From Micavibrio sp. (GTDB taxonomy: Bacteria > Patescibacteriota > Minisyncoccia > Moranbacterales > GCA-2747515): 59,196 nt of DNA. Below the pieces are notes generated by a model. The model was not told the origin of the DNA, made no database searches, and saw nothing but the letters and a program-made list of their open reading frames with translations. Below are positions 48,624 to 57,651 of the stretch, in pieces. Position numbers and translations under genes: made by a program. Where the stretch lies: positions 329,575 through 388,770 of the forward strand of contig DYDB01000001.1 in the NCBI GenBank assembly GCA_020718085.1. The letters are read 5' to 3'. Position 1 is the first letter of the stretch, and each line of letters begins with the position of its first letter.

Positions 48624-49847
48624 TCATTCGGGATGTTTTGAAGATAAGACCTTCCCTTCTTTGAATCGTGAATGGATGATGATCTCATTATCCTGAGATG
48701 CAGTAGTCAAACCGACAACCGATGCGATGTAATTATCTTTTTTGGCCTCATGGATCAGTCGCATGGCATCGGCAGTTGTATGGCAAATGACCAGCATTCC
48801 ACATCCGCCGTGAAACGTGCTGTGCGCATACCAATCACTCAAGCGCAGATCAGGATACAACCATGAGATCTCTTGTGCTTCCCGCAAGATCTCTGCAGGC
48901 ACAGGCATGCTGTGTAAATGTGCGCCTACACCTTCCGGGAGAATATCTCCCAGTTTTTCCCATATACCCCCGCCGCTTACATGCGCATTACCAGCAACAT
49001 TGACGATCGATCTGCCAACGCTCCCATCTCTTCGCCACCCGTTTACACGTGTGAGAAGCGGTGCATAGATCGCCGACGGCTTTGCACATTTCGCAACAAA
49101 ATCATGTAAACCGTCATTTTTTCCTTCGATAAAATGTCGCTGTGTGATGTTGGTGAGCTTTGTACCGCCATTGCAGCGATATCCCGGCTCCCAGAAACCG
49201 ACGATGACCATGCCCGGCGCGATCTTCGAACCATCGATCAATTTGTCTCGATGTGCCAAGCCGACACATGATGCACCCCAATTCACGATTAGCATGGTAC
49301 TCGATCGATCATCACAAAATGCCGTCACACTGTTTTTCATGATCGCGACTTCACCTGTGACATTTACACCATCAATGCCTCCCAGAGCATGCCCATATCC
49401 ACGCATCAACGACTCAAAGAGATGAAAATTTTCTTGTGTCAATTGTTTAATGTTGAGATCGTTGGCATAAACAACGGGAAATCGACCAGACCGCGCGAAG
49501 TCATCGGCAGTCATCGCCAATATTTCCCATCCGGCAAAGTAAAATGTTTGTGCATCACCAAGCAGCGCGTGAAATTGCAGTTTGCCGCCCGCACCATCAT
49601 TTTCCTTTTCCTCCATCATTGTCCAGCGAGTAACACCACCATTCTCATCAACATCATAATCTGCAAGTTGTTTAAGTATGTGCTTTTGCCACACCCAGCC
49701 GATCGGTCCCCGAAAATTTCCCGGTTGATGCGGCACAACGATGACCGCAGGGTTATTCTTGTGACTCTCAAAACAAATTTCTTTTGCAAGTCGTGACGCA
49801 CGATCACCGGGTTCGATCACTTCCTCCATGTACCGATCCTTTTTCAT
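48624..49847 (-). CDS. purM: Divergent AIR synthetase (PurM-like)
   Basis: DGAGGK, AMTADD, TGEVA, RCNG, AHVSGGG, STFHGGCGM align to PurM motifs; sits beside purN and purL. Confidence 0.78.
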   Translation of the reverse strand: MKKDRYMEEVIEPGDRASRLAKEICFESHKNNPAVIVVPHQPGNFRGPIGWVWQKHILKQLADYDVDENGGVTRWTMMEEKENDGAGGKLQFHALLGDAQTFYFAGWEILAMTADDFARSGRFPVVYANDLNIKQLTQENFHLFESLMRGYGHALGGIDGVNVTGEVAIMKNSVTAFCDDRSSTMLIVNWGASCVGLAHRDKLIDGSKIAPGMVIVGFWEPGYRCNGGTKLTNITQRHFIEGKNDGLHDFVAKCAKPSAIYAPLLTRVNGWRRDGSVGRSIVNVAGNAHVSGGGIWEKLGDILPEGVGAHLHSMPVPAEILREAQEISWLYPDLRLSDWYAHSTFHGGCGMLVICHTTADAMRLIHEAKKDNYIASVVGLTTASQDNEIIIHSRFKEGKVLSSKHPE

Positions 49848-50036
49848 TGCCGTTCTCCTTTTCGTAAATGTGAGATCATAAGTATATCGCCTTCAATACA
49901 CGTTAAAGAACATGGTTGAATATAAGCAAAATTGCACCATAAAGTCAACTACAAAACATTATACCTATCTCCAAAATGATAAAGGACCGAGTGTGATAAA
50001 AAAATTATTTTTTACACACTCGATCCTATTGAAAAA

Positions 50037-50561
50037 TCACAATTGTACTGTGCCACCGATCATATCCGCGCATGCTTGTGCGATTGGTTTAAATACTGTA
50101 TTACCACTGATCGCAATGATCCGGCCGACATTATTCCATGGAATAAGTCTAAAGCGCAGTGCAACAATAAGAGCGATAGCTTCATTGATCTCTTCAGAAA
50201 GGCCATCCACACCAATCGCGCAACCGTCACCTCCAGGATCAATCGCACGAGAATTCGATGGCACCACAATAGCACCACCACCCTCTTTGCCGGTTACTTC
50301 GTCTCGCACACCCCAACTACTGATCTGCTTTGCGCGCAGTACACAGTTCACTTTTTCTTGTACCCGAGCAAAGCACTTGTTTGCGATTTCTACGCCTTCA
50401 CAGATACCAACTTGAGCCAAAAAAATTGGCTTGCAGTCTTCTCTGTTTGCCACGTAGATGTAACATCCTTTCTGTGTGAGATGTGCATTTTCCGACAACG
50501 CTAAAATTCTTATGACAACTTCTTCGGCCACAGCGAGAAATCTATCAGACATTCTATCCAT
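50037..50561 (-). CDS. GlcG/HbpS-like hypothetical protein (paralog 1)
   Basis: QEKV...ISSW..RD...GGGAI...AIGVDGL.EEINEA; SD GGAGG. Confidence 0.65.
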   Translation of the reverse strand: MDRMSDRFLAVAEEVVIRILALSENAHLTQKGCYIYVANREDCKPIFLAQVGICEGVEIANKCFARVQEKVNCVLRAKQISSWGVRDEVTGKEGGGAIVVPSNSRAIDPGGDGCAIGVDGLSEEINEAIALIVALRFRLIPWNNVGRIIAISGNTVFKPIAQACADMIGGTVQL

Positions 50562-50585
50562 CTCATCCTCCGCGATATTGACTTT

Positions 50586-51170
50586 TTATGTTACACCACA
50601 CTGTGCTATACGCTCAGTATAATAATATTGATCATTTTTCTTGACTGCATCAAGAATTTTCTTTGTCAGTTCATGATTTTTACTCTTGTCCAAAATGTTC
50701 TGGATCCTGCGATCTTCATACGGAATCCTAAACACATACATTGCGATCACGATCGCACATGCTTCATTTTCCAATTCCCTGAGACCAGAAATTCCCATGC
50801 CCCATGTCGCCTGAGCGTTGATCTCAATGCAAATTGCACCACCATACTGTCGAAGCACATCAATACGACTTTGATAGGAACTAACATGTCCATGAAGGAA
50901 CATCCTATCAACTTTTTCTTCTGCAAGCTCCCACGATTCTGAACGAACATCGTTACTGAGAAAATCAGTGCCAATTTTGGATTTAAAAAATGGCGTGGAC
51001 ACACCTTTCTTTCGCAAAACAATAATGAATGCTTTGCGCTTCATGTCCTGCAACAATTCATTTTTCAAAACACTCTCAAGAACCTTATTGGCCACAAACT
51101 CAATGGATGTCTTCAGGTCGTCATTTTCACTCAAAAGGTCTTTTGCATCTGCTGAATTCTTCCAAAACAT
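50586..51170 (-). CDS. GlcG/HbpS-like hypothetical protein (paralog 2)
   Basis: EEKVDR...VSSYQSR...YGGAI...GMGISGLRELENEA; SD GGGGAG. Confidence 0.65.
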   Translation of the reverse strand: MFWKNSADAKDLLSENDDLKTSIEFVANKVLESVLKNELLQDMKRKAFIIVLRKKGVSTPFFKSKIGTDFLSNDVRSESWELAEEKVDRMFLHGHVSSYQSRIDVLRQYGGAICIEINAQATWGMGISGLRELENEACAIVIAMYVFRIPYEDRRIQNILDKSKNHELTKKILDAVKKNDQYYYTERIAQCGVT

Positions 51171-51362
51171 TGCTCGCTCTCCCCATTGATTGATAAACAA
51201 TTCACACTTCGTACGATCAGTTATAACATATATTTATAAAGAACTTCCATTACTCATACCGAGTCACTCATTCTAGCAAGAACATCCAAAATAGTAAATG
51301 AACGACTTATTTTGTGACATAACTTGCTTTTTAGCACATTATTAACTATTCTTTGTACTAAG

Positions 51363-51447
51363 TAACTGTCTCATATCTCACCGCCATAAAATGGCTTGCC
51401 GATTGAAATCCTAAAATTTCAATTCGACATGAGATATGAGACAGTTA
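51363..51447 (+). ncRNA. Candidate three-way-junction leader RNA upstream of pyrK-pyrD
   Basis: Perfect 18-bp closing stem enclosing two hairpins; starts just after a TTGCTT-17-TATTCT promoter. Confidence 0.5.
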
Positions 51448-51544
51448 TTAATGAGATCAATTCACATCTCTCTGTTCGTTTATAATAATGTATATACACT
51501 ATATATAACCAGATCATTCAGATCATCAAAAGGAGAATTCGATC

Positions 51545-53317
51545 ATGAAAGAAGCCCCTGAAAAGATCTTTACGGCTACCGTGCTTTCCTGTCGTCCCGA
51601 AAGCAAAAATTCATCTGTCTACGAAATCCGATTACGGCTCGATACAGACCACTTTCATTCTCATGCCGGTCAGTTTGTCGCATTGCATCCTATTGACACA
51701 ACATCTGTTGCACCACGACCATTTACTGTCGTTCACGTTGATATGTTTAATAATTCCATAGTCACACTACTTATCAATGCAATCGGATCAAACACACGCA
51801 AGTATGCATGTATGCAACCAGGAGATCACATTGATCTCTATGGCCCTTATGGCAAAGAAATTGAATTTGATCAAAGCTGTACATCATGCATTTTTGTAGG
51901 TGGCGGAATCGGCAATGCGGCATTGGTTCAACCAGTGCGCAAAGCACTGGCACAACAAAAAGATGTGACGGTATTTCTCGGCGCAAAAGAAGAAGGGTTG
52001 ATCCCTGCGCTCAAATATTTCGATCGTCTCTCTATCAACCTGCAAACTATCACCGAAAATGGCTCCGCACGCACAGGTTTTGTCACTCAACTTTTACATG
52101 ACGCTCTGCGCGCTGATCACGGCCGGTCAACTGTTATTGCGTGCGGTCCAAAGGCCATGTTACGAAAAGTACATGATCTCTGCGAAATGCATGGAAATCC
52201 CTGTATCGTGATCGTTGAAGAAGTAATGGTCTGTAGTATGGGATCTTGCAAAGGTTGTGCGATCTTTGGTGGCATTGATGGTAAAGAAGTGCGTCATGTA
52301 TGCAGTGATGGTCCCGCTTTTGATGCACGATGGATTTGGTGGGATCTATTTTCTTCTCAACCTACACGATATGAGTTTAAACCTCGCACTGTTCTTGATA
52401 AAAAAGATATCAACACAAAATGTACGATTGGTAATCTCATACTAGAAACACCGATCATGAACTGTTCCGGCACATTGGACCTTGATGCGTGCATAGACGG
52501 AAGTATTGATCTCAGAGGATTGGGCGCATTTGTCATTAAAGGATTATCGCTTTACCCAAAATCAGGCAATCCTACGCCACGCGTATGTGAAACACCCGCC
52601 GGCATGCTCAATGCCATTGGTTTGGAGTACATCGGCGTGGAAGCATTTGTCAAAATTATCCTTCCCCATTTACGCGCGTTAGGTATTCCGATCATTGCCA
52701 ATATCAATGGCATATCAGTCGACGAATATCTTGCGTTGACCGAACGTCTGAATGATACCGACATCGACGCACTCGAAGTAAATATCTCGTGTCCGAATGT
52801 CAAAAAAGGAGGTATTGCATTTGGCATTGATCCAGCAATGGCAGCAGGTATTACGGGAGCTGTAAAAAGCAGTGCGAAATTTCCAGTGATCGTAAAACTC
52901 ACACCAAATGTCACTGACATTTCCGTGATCGCTAGAGCTGTGGAGGATGCCGGGGCTGATGCGATCTCACTCATCAACACGGTACTCGGTACTGCAATAG
53001 ATATTCGCAATCGCAAACCCGTACTCGCAAATGTTGTGGGCGGGCTATCGGGACCGGCAATTCGCCCTATTGCCTTACGCTGTGTGATGGTTGTTGCAAA
53101 TACCGTAAAAATACCGATCATCGGCATGGGCGGTAATGAGAATGGTTACACGGCAGCGGAATTCATGATGGCAGGTGCCACAGCAACAGCTTTTGGCACA
53201 TCAGGATTTGCCAATCGCACGATCTTTCCGCAAGCGATCGATCAGTTGCGTGAAATAGCCTATTTTCACGGATATTCCTCAACAGCTGAGCTTGTAAAAA
53301 GCCTCAAAATCCCCTAA
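51545..53317 (+). CDS. pyrD: Fused dihydroorotate dehydrogenase 1B (PyrK electron-transfer subunit + PyrD)
   Basis: N-half RPFT, GPYG, GGGIG, ACGP, CSMGSCKGC..VCSDGP (2Fe-2S); C-half GNPTPRVCET, NAIGL, EVNISCPN, VKLTPN, GGLSGPAIRP. Confidence 0.95.
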   Translation: MKEAPEKIFTATVLSCRPESKNSSVYEIRLRLDTDHFHSHAGQFVALHPIDTTSVAPRPFTVVHVDMFNNSIVTLLINAIGSNTRKYACMQPGDHIDLYGPYGKEIEFDQSCTSCIFVGGGIGNAALVQPVRKALAQQKDVTVFLGAKEEGLIPALKYFDRLSINLQTITENGSARTGFVTQLLHDALRADHGRSTVIACGPKAMLRKVHDLCEMHGNPCIVIVEEVMVCSMGSCKGCAIFGGIDGKEVRHVCSDGPAFDARWIWWDLFSSQPTRYEFKPRTVLDKKDINTKCTIGNLILETPIMNCSGTLDLDACIDGSIDLRGLGAFVIKGLSLYPKSGNPTPRVCETPAGMLNAIGLEYIGVEAFVKIILPHLRALGIPIIANINGISVDEYLALTERLNDTDIDALEVNISCPNVKKGGIAFGIDPAMAAGITGAVKSSAKFPVIVKLTPNVTDISVIARAVEDAGADAISLINTVLGTAIDIRNRKPVLANVVGGLSGPAIRPIALRCVMVVANTVKIPIIGMGGNENGYTAAEFMMAGATATAFGTSGFANRTIFPQAIDQLREIAYFHGYSSTAELVKSLKIP

Positions 53318-53344
53318 ACATATGGTGTGTTCACCATACAAACC

Positions 53345-53376
53345 AGAGGCAGTCGACATCATGTCGCACTGCCTCT
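53345..53376 (+). terminator. pyrK-pyrD terminator
   Basis: AGAGGCAGT.CGACA/TGTCG.ACTGCCTCT stem. Confidence 0.7.
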
Positions 53377-53572
53377 TTAATTTTGGATCTAAACGTAAAA
53401 ACTTCTATATAATATTTTAAATTATCACATCAAAAGATTTGTAAAAAACACGATTGACTTATAACAATAAAGTATCTATAATGCTCTCAAAGGTAAAGCT
53501 GAGTATTTCATTACTCACGCTTTTTTGTTTCATTAACAGTTGTATAAATTTTTCATATCACAGGAGGATGTA

Positions 53573-54166
53573 ATGAACGAGCATGTGAAATATGCACTAT
53601 TATCCGTATTTGACAAGAATGGCATTGGGGATTTTGCTCAAGGGCTTGTTGACTTGGGATTTCTGCTCATTTCTTCCGGCGGCACAGCAAAACATCTTGC
53701 AGAAAAAGGGTTTTCCGTCACAGATGTCGCAGAGATCACCGGCTATCCGGCGATCATCGGACATCGCGTCGTTACTCTGCATCCTGCCATTCATGGCGGC
53801 ATCCTCGCACTCAACACTCCGGAGCATCAAGCTGACCTGGATCATTATCAGATCAATCGTATCAATTTGGTTTGTGTTGATCTCTATCCCGTTGCAGATG
53901 CAATTGCAAAAGAAAATGCTACGATCGCCAGCGTTATGGAAATGACCGACATTGGCGGCCCGACGTTACTTCGCGGTGCCGCAAAAAATCACGAGCAAAC
54001 GATTGTCGTGTGCGACCCTGTCGATCGCAGATGGGTGGTGGAAGAAATTCGCAGAAATGGTGATCTAAACAGTCGCCAGCGACAAGGCCTTGCTAAAAAA
54101 GTTTTTTCTCTGACCAGCGCCTACGACACAGTAATCTACCAATTTCTGGAAAAGAACTGCGCATAA
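53573..54166 (+). CDS. purH: PurH N-terminal IMP cyclohydrolase domain only (no AICAR transformylase domain)
   Basis: ALLSVFDK, SSGGTA, RVVTLHPAIHGGILA, DIGGPTLLRGAAKNH; stops at 197 aa before a terminator; SD AGGAGG. Confidence 0.85.
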   Translation: MNEHVKYALLSVFDKNGIGDFAQGLVDLGFLLISSGGTAKHLAEKGFSVTDVAEITGYPAIIGHRVVTLHPAIHGGILALNTPEHQADLDHYQINRINLVCVDLYPVADAIAKENATIASVMEMTDIGGPTLLRGAAKNHEQTIVVCDPVDRRWVVEEIRRNGDLNSRQRQGLAKKVFSLTSAYDTVIYQFLEKNCA

Positions 54167-54180
54167 AACCGCGCAAATCA

Positions 54181-54218
54181 AAAACACTCGAGGATCTCTA
54201 CAGATCTTCGAGTGTTTT
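54181..54218. terminator. Bidirectional terminator
   Basis: AAAACACTCGAGGATC/GATCTTCGAGTGTTTT between convergent genes. Confidence 0.8.
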
Positions 54219-54224
54219 CATTTT

Positions 54225-54824
54225 TTAGATCAATCTAAACATATCATTCTCTTCCACAAATATTGCCTGTTCATCGGTTAATGTGACCACCGACTCACCA
54301 GTCCTCTTTCTCTTGTAATCATCCACATCTCTTTCCTCCTCTTCATTATAATGCGGTGTGATGATGTGATTCGTTAATCGTAATCCCGTCAGATCACTCA
54401 GTTGTACGTCATTTTTATCCGCGTTTCCGATTCCCGCCGCTGCAATATCCGGCCCCACAATGATCGATCCTGCACTCACACCAACATAAAAAGCACCAGC
54501 ACTTATTTCATCGATCAGTAAGTGATCCACACCCGTTTTGCGCATACGATCCAAAATATAGAATGTATTTCCACCACACACATAATAGAGATCATAACCA
54601 TGTAAACTGGAAACATCCACATCCTCAGAAAGATTGACGGCATCATATGCCAAACCAAGACTTTTAAATTCATTGTCATAATATGCTAGCCACATACGAT
54701 CTTCTTCTGTGCGAACTGTATAGAACATGCACGCCTTTTTATTTTCATGCACATCAAATTGTGCAAGGAAAAATTCATGGATATTTTGATTTTTTAATCC
54801 TGTGGATGTGAGCAATAGTTTCAT
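54225..54824 (-). CDS. Peptidase S51 (peptidase E-like)
   Basis: MKLLLTS, YVCGGNTFY, YVGVSAGS, PHY. Confidence 0.9.
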   Translation of the reverse strand: MKLLLTSTGLKNQNIHEFFLAQFDVHENKKACMFYTVRTEEDRMWLAYYDNEFKSLGLAYDAVNLSEDVDVSSLHGYDLYYVCGGNTFYILDRMRKTGVDHLLIDEISAGAFYVGVSAGSIIVGPDIAAAGIGNADKNDVQLSDLTGLRLTNHIITPHYNEEEERDVDDYKRKRTGESVVTLTDEQAIFVEENDMFRLI

Positions 54825-55040
54825 AATACATGCGTAATATTTAATTATTCATATTCTACATCACAAAATACACGTATGCCAATTTACATAATATTTCTCT
54901 CTTAAAGATCCTGAAAATATAATTATTTCACAGGCATAGAACACATTTGACATACACCTCCTTATATGCGATGCTATATTGTTGTTGTTAATTAACATCG
55001 TTCCCATACAAATATTCAATACCCCAACAAGGAGGGCAGC

Positions 55041-55718
55041 ATGCCAGACACATCCACGATCATCCCCATAACTATTTCAGCAACTCACTCCAGTTCTCTG
55101 TCATATCGTCCGATCGACAGACTTAATTCTACCGTTTTTGATGCCGCATACTCTTTGGCAACAGAAGATGTGCTAGAGATCATGTTGAAAATGAACCCTC
55201 TGTTTTTTCCTGAGCGCGGATCCGTATGGTACAACTATGAGATCATCTGCGAAAAAGATCCACGCATCGAAAAAGTTCTCACGGGAAAAACAGGTGACGC
55301 ATTCCCCGACAAGAACTTTGCGCGAAATTGCCGTGTGTTCTGTCAGGAAAAAGTCGCACGCACAATCAGTGCCAACATTCGTTGTTCCCATCAAAATCGC
55401 GATCCCCTCAATAGCAAATGGGGCGGATCCGCACGATTGGAGCTCCTTCTGCTACTGGTCAATGAAGAACCGCTCCCAGTCACACTCGTTGGTGCCAACT
55501 CCGGTCGCAAGGAGTGGGAAGATCTTGCACTCACACTTGGCGTGTTTCACTACCTTGATCTTGTCACATTCGACGACGCACAGGTGCAAGAGATCTTGCG
55601 TTTGGCAGATGAATCTGTTGCACATGATCCTGCCAATCGTCCGGAAAACATGACCATCACACAATTCACCAAGTTGCTTTTTGAAAAGATCGACGAAGCG
55701 ATTGGAAACGCAAAATGA
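55041..55718 (+). CDS. GlcG/HbpS-like hypothetical protein (remote paralog 3)
   Basis: QEKVAR...CSHQNRD...KWGGSA...GANSGRKEWEDLA matches paralogs 1 and 2 in motif order; SD AAGGAGG. Confidence 0.55.
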   Translation: MPDTSTIIPITISATHSSSLSYRPIDRLNSTVFDAAYSLATEDVLEIMLKMNPLFFPERGSVWYNYEIICEKDPRIEKVLTGKTGDAFPDKNFARNCRVFCQEKVARTISANIRCSHQNRDPLNSKWGGSARLELLLLLVNEEPLPVTLVGANSGRKEWEDLALTLGVFHYLDLVTFDDAQVQEILRLADESVAHDPANRPENMTITQFTKLLFEKIDEAIGNAK

Positions 55719-55735
55719 TCCTCAGGGTTATGTAA

Positions 55736-55769
55736 AAAAGGCGCATTCCGCAATCGGAACGCGCCTTTT
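55736..55769. terminator. Bidirectional terminator
   Basis: AAAAGGCGC.TTCCG-caat-CGGAA.GCGCCTTTT. Confidence 0.8.
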
Positions 55770-55812
55770 ATCATTTCATTTGACCAAATGGATGATCACA
55801 TATTGATCTTTT

Positions 55813-56388
55813 TTATGTGATCACTTCCACTAATTCTGGGAATGCACTGGATTGCCACTGACTTGTACGATAATGCCCTCTGCCATCCAGTGATATGATC
55901 TTGCCACCAAGAACATTATGAAAGATCTGCAGACTTTTCTTGCCGTCATCTGATTCATTATCTGCCGTGAACATAATGATCTCTCCGACCTTGTCCACAA
56001 TTGTAGGGTCAATATCATATGAATAAAATGACACCCTGTCCGCATCCGTTCCATCAAAAACTTTCCATGGAGCAACAAGAACGAGCTTTGCAATTTTTTT
56101 CCTTGTTTCACCCAACCACCGCACCAAAAATGCACAACTACAACTATGCCCCACGAGAATCGTATGTTCTGTGACCTCATATTTTTCCAATTCTGATTTG
56201 AAAGCTTCGTATTTTGGCGCCCATGATCTGGGCAGTAATGGCGTCTGCGCCGGTATGCCTCGCACGATCAACTCTTCTCGCACCCACACCGTCCAATGAT
56301 TCTCCACTGTGCGTTGAGCAAGTTTCACAGAATTTTGCTCGTTATATTCACATCCATGTACGATAATACAATTTTTTTGTGTACTCAT
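55813..56388 (-). CDS. RBBP9/YdeN family alpha/beta hydrolase
   Basis: IIVHG, ILVGHSCSC nucleophile elbow, LVLVAP, DNE, GRGHY. Confidence 0.88.
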   Translation of the reverse strand: MSTQKNCIIVHGCEYNEQNSVKLAQRTVENHWTVWVREELIVRGIPAQTPLLPRSWAPKYEAFKSELEKYEVTEHTILVGHSCSCAFLVRWLGETRKKIAKLVLVAPWKVFDGTDADRVSFYSYDIDPTIVDKVGEIIMFTADNESDDGKKSLQIFHNVLGGKIISLDGRGHYRTSQWQSSAFPELVEVIT

Positions 56389-56434
56389 AGAAATATTATT
56401 GTCCTTTTTTTATAAGGATCATTTGACGCATTCT

Positions 56435-57616
56435 CTAATACGTGCCCAAAAGGTCATCATTCTCAAATAGATCTTTTATTGCCACGATCTGGTCACTATA
56501 ATAACTTGCAACTTTTTCTTTTGCATACTCATATGCCTCTTCCACCACAACATAACCGTCTTGTCCGATCACTGGTCCATTTAACCATCCATCCAATGTA
56601 CGATAATCCCATCCAATTTGATTATATCCATCAGCCCAACCGCCACCAGGACCAACATATCCCCGCATTCCATTATTCACAAAATAATGACTGAAGATGC
56701 CCTCTCCTGTCTCGCCTGATGTATAAACATATGCAGTGCCTTTTTCGGACGTTGCTGCCACAAATATGCGACCGTTTATGTTAGATACATTGTTTTGCAT
56801 CACATCATTCATGCCGCCGGCGCGACAACTGTCAAAGACAAATGTGATCCGTTCCGTTTTAAAGTCACCAAACCATTGTTTTAAGTCACCATCCCATATA
56901 TACGCATACTGATCGATACCATTATGCACTAAGATCGCCTCATCCGGATCAGTCTTTCTTATCTCAGCATCACCGTCATTATACAGACCTGTCACACCGT
57001 GCCCGCTAAAGAAAAACACAACTTCATCCTCTGGATGCACAATACCACGCAAATGATCCACAGAAGCTTTGATATTATCATACTTTGCAGCATACGATAC
57101 AACTTCTCCATCCAACTCATCCTGTATATCTCTAAAAAGTGATATATTTTCTGGCAAAAAACCATATTCCGTCGTCAATGCGTGATACATATTCAACGCA
57201 TCTCCATCTGATAGACAAATATCACCATATGGTAACCCATCAGGGTAATTACAAATACCGATCACGATGGCATATTTTACACCATTGCCTGGCAATGCAG
57301 CCCCTGTCACACCCGTAGCGGTAACAGTCGTCTCCTCATCCACGGGCGGTACAGGCGGCTTCACCGGCTTACCCTTCACCGCATACTCCTCATCTTGTTT
57401 TTTCTCTCTTATAAATTTTTCTTTTTGTGCACCTTGCATCTGCACGCGTGGATGAATCTGTACATCTGTTGCCCGATCAGATCTCATCACATCCCCGACC
57501 GACACATCTTTTTGATCACTTTGTTCTTTTGCTTGAACAACTCCACATTGTACACACAACAACATGATTGTCATGATGCCTGTAAGATATGCGCCTTTAA
57601 TTTTTTTTTGTTTCAT
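56435..57616 (-). CDS. Secreted caspase-like peptidase (C14)
   Basis: Signal peptide; YAIVIGI..Y, FFFSGHG, FDSCRAG (His-Cys dyad). Confidence 0.9.
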   Translation of the reverse strand: MKQKKIKGAYLTGIMTIMLLCVQCGVVQAKEQSDQKDVSVGDVMRSDRATDVQIHPRVQMQGAQKEKFIREKKQDEEYAVKGKPVKPPVPPVDEETTVTATGVTGAALPGNGVKYAIVIGICNYPDGLPYGDICLSDGDALNMYHALTTEYGFLPENISLFRDIQDELDGEVVSYAAKYDNIKASVDHLRGIVHPEDEVVFFFSGHGVTGLYNDGDAEIRKTDPDEAILVHNGIDQYAYIWDGDLKQWFGDFKTERITFVFDSCRAGGMNDVMQNNVSNINGRIFVAATSEKGTAYVYTSGETGEGIFSHYFVNNGMRGYVGPGGGWADGYNQIGWDYRTLDGWLNGPVIGQDGYVVVEEAYEYAKEKVASYYSDQIVAIKDLFENDDLLGTY

Positions 57617-57651
57617 GCGTTCGTGCTAAATAATAAAAATTTGCACCACAA

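Noticed and set aside
51363..51447. Canonical purine riboswitch or PyrR-binding site
   Set aside because: The ligand-binding junction GUUUCUAC and the PyrR ARUCC..GAGG motif are absent; kept only as an unassigned candidate.
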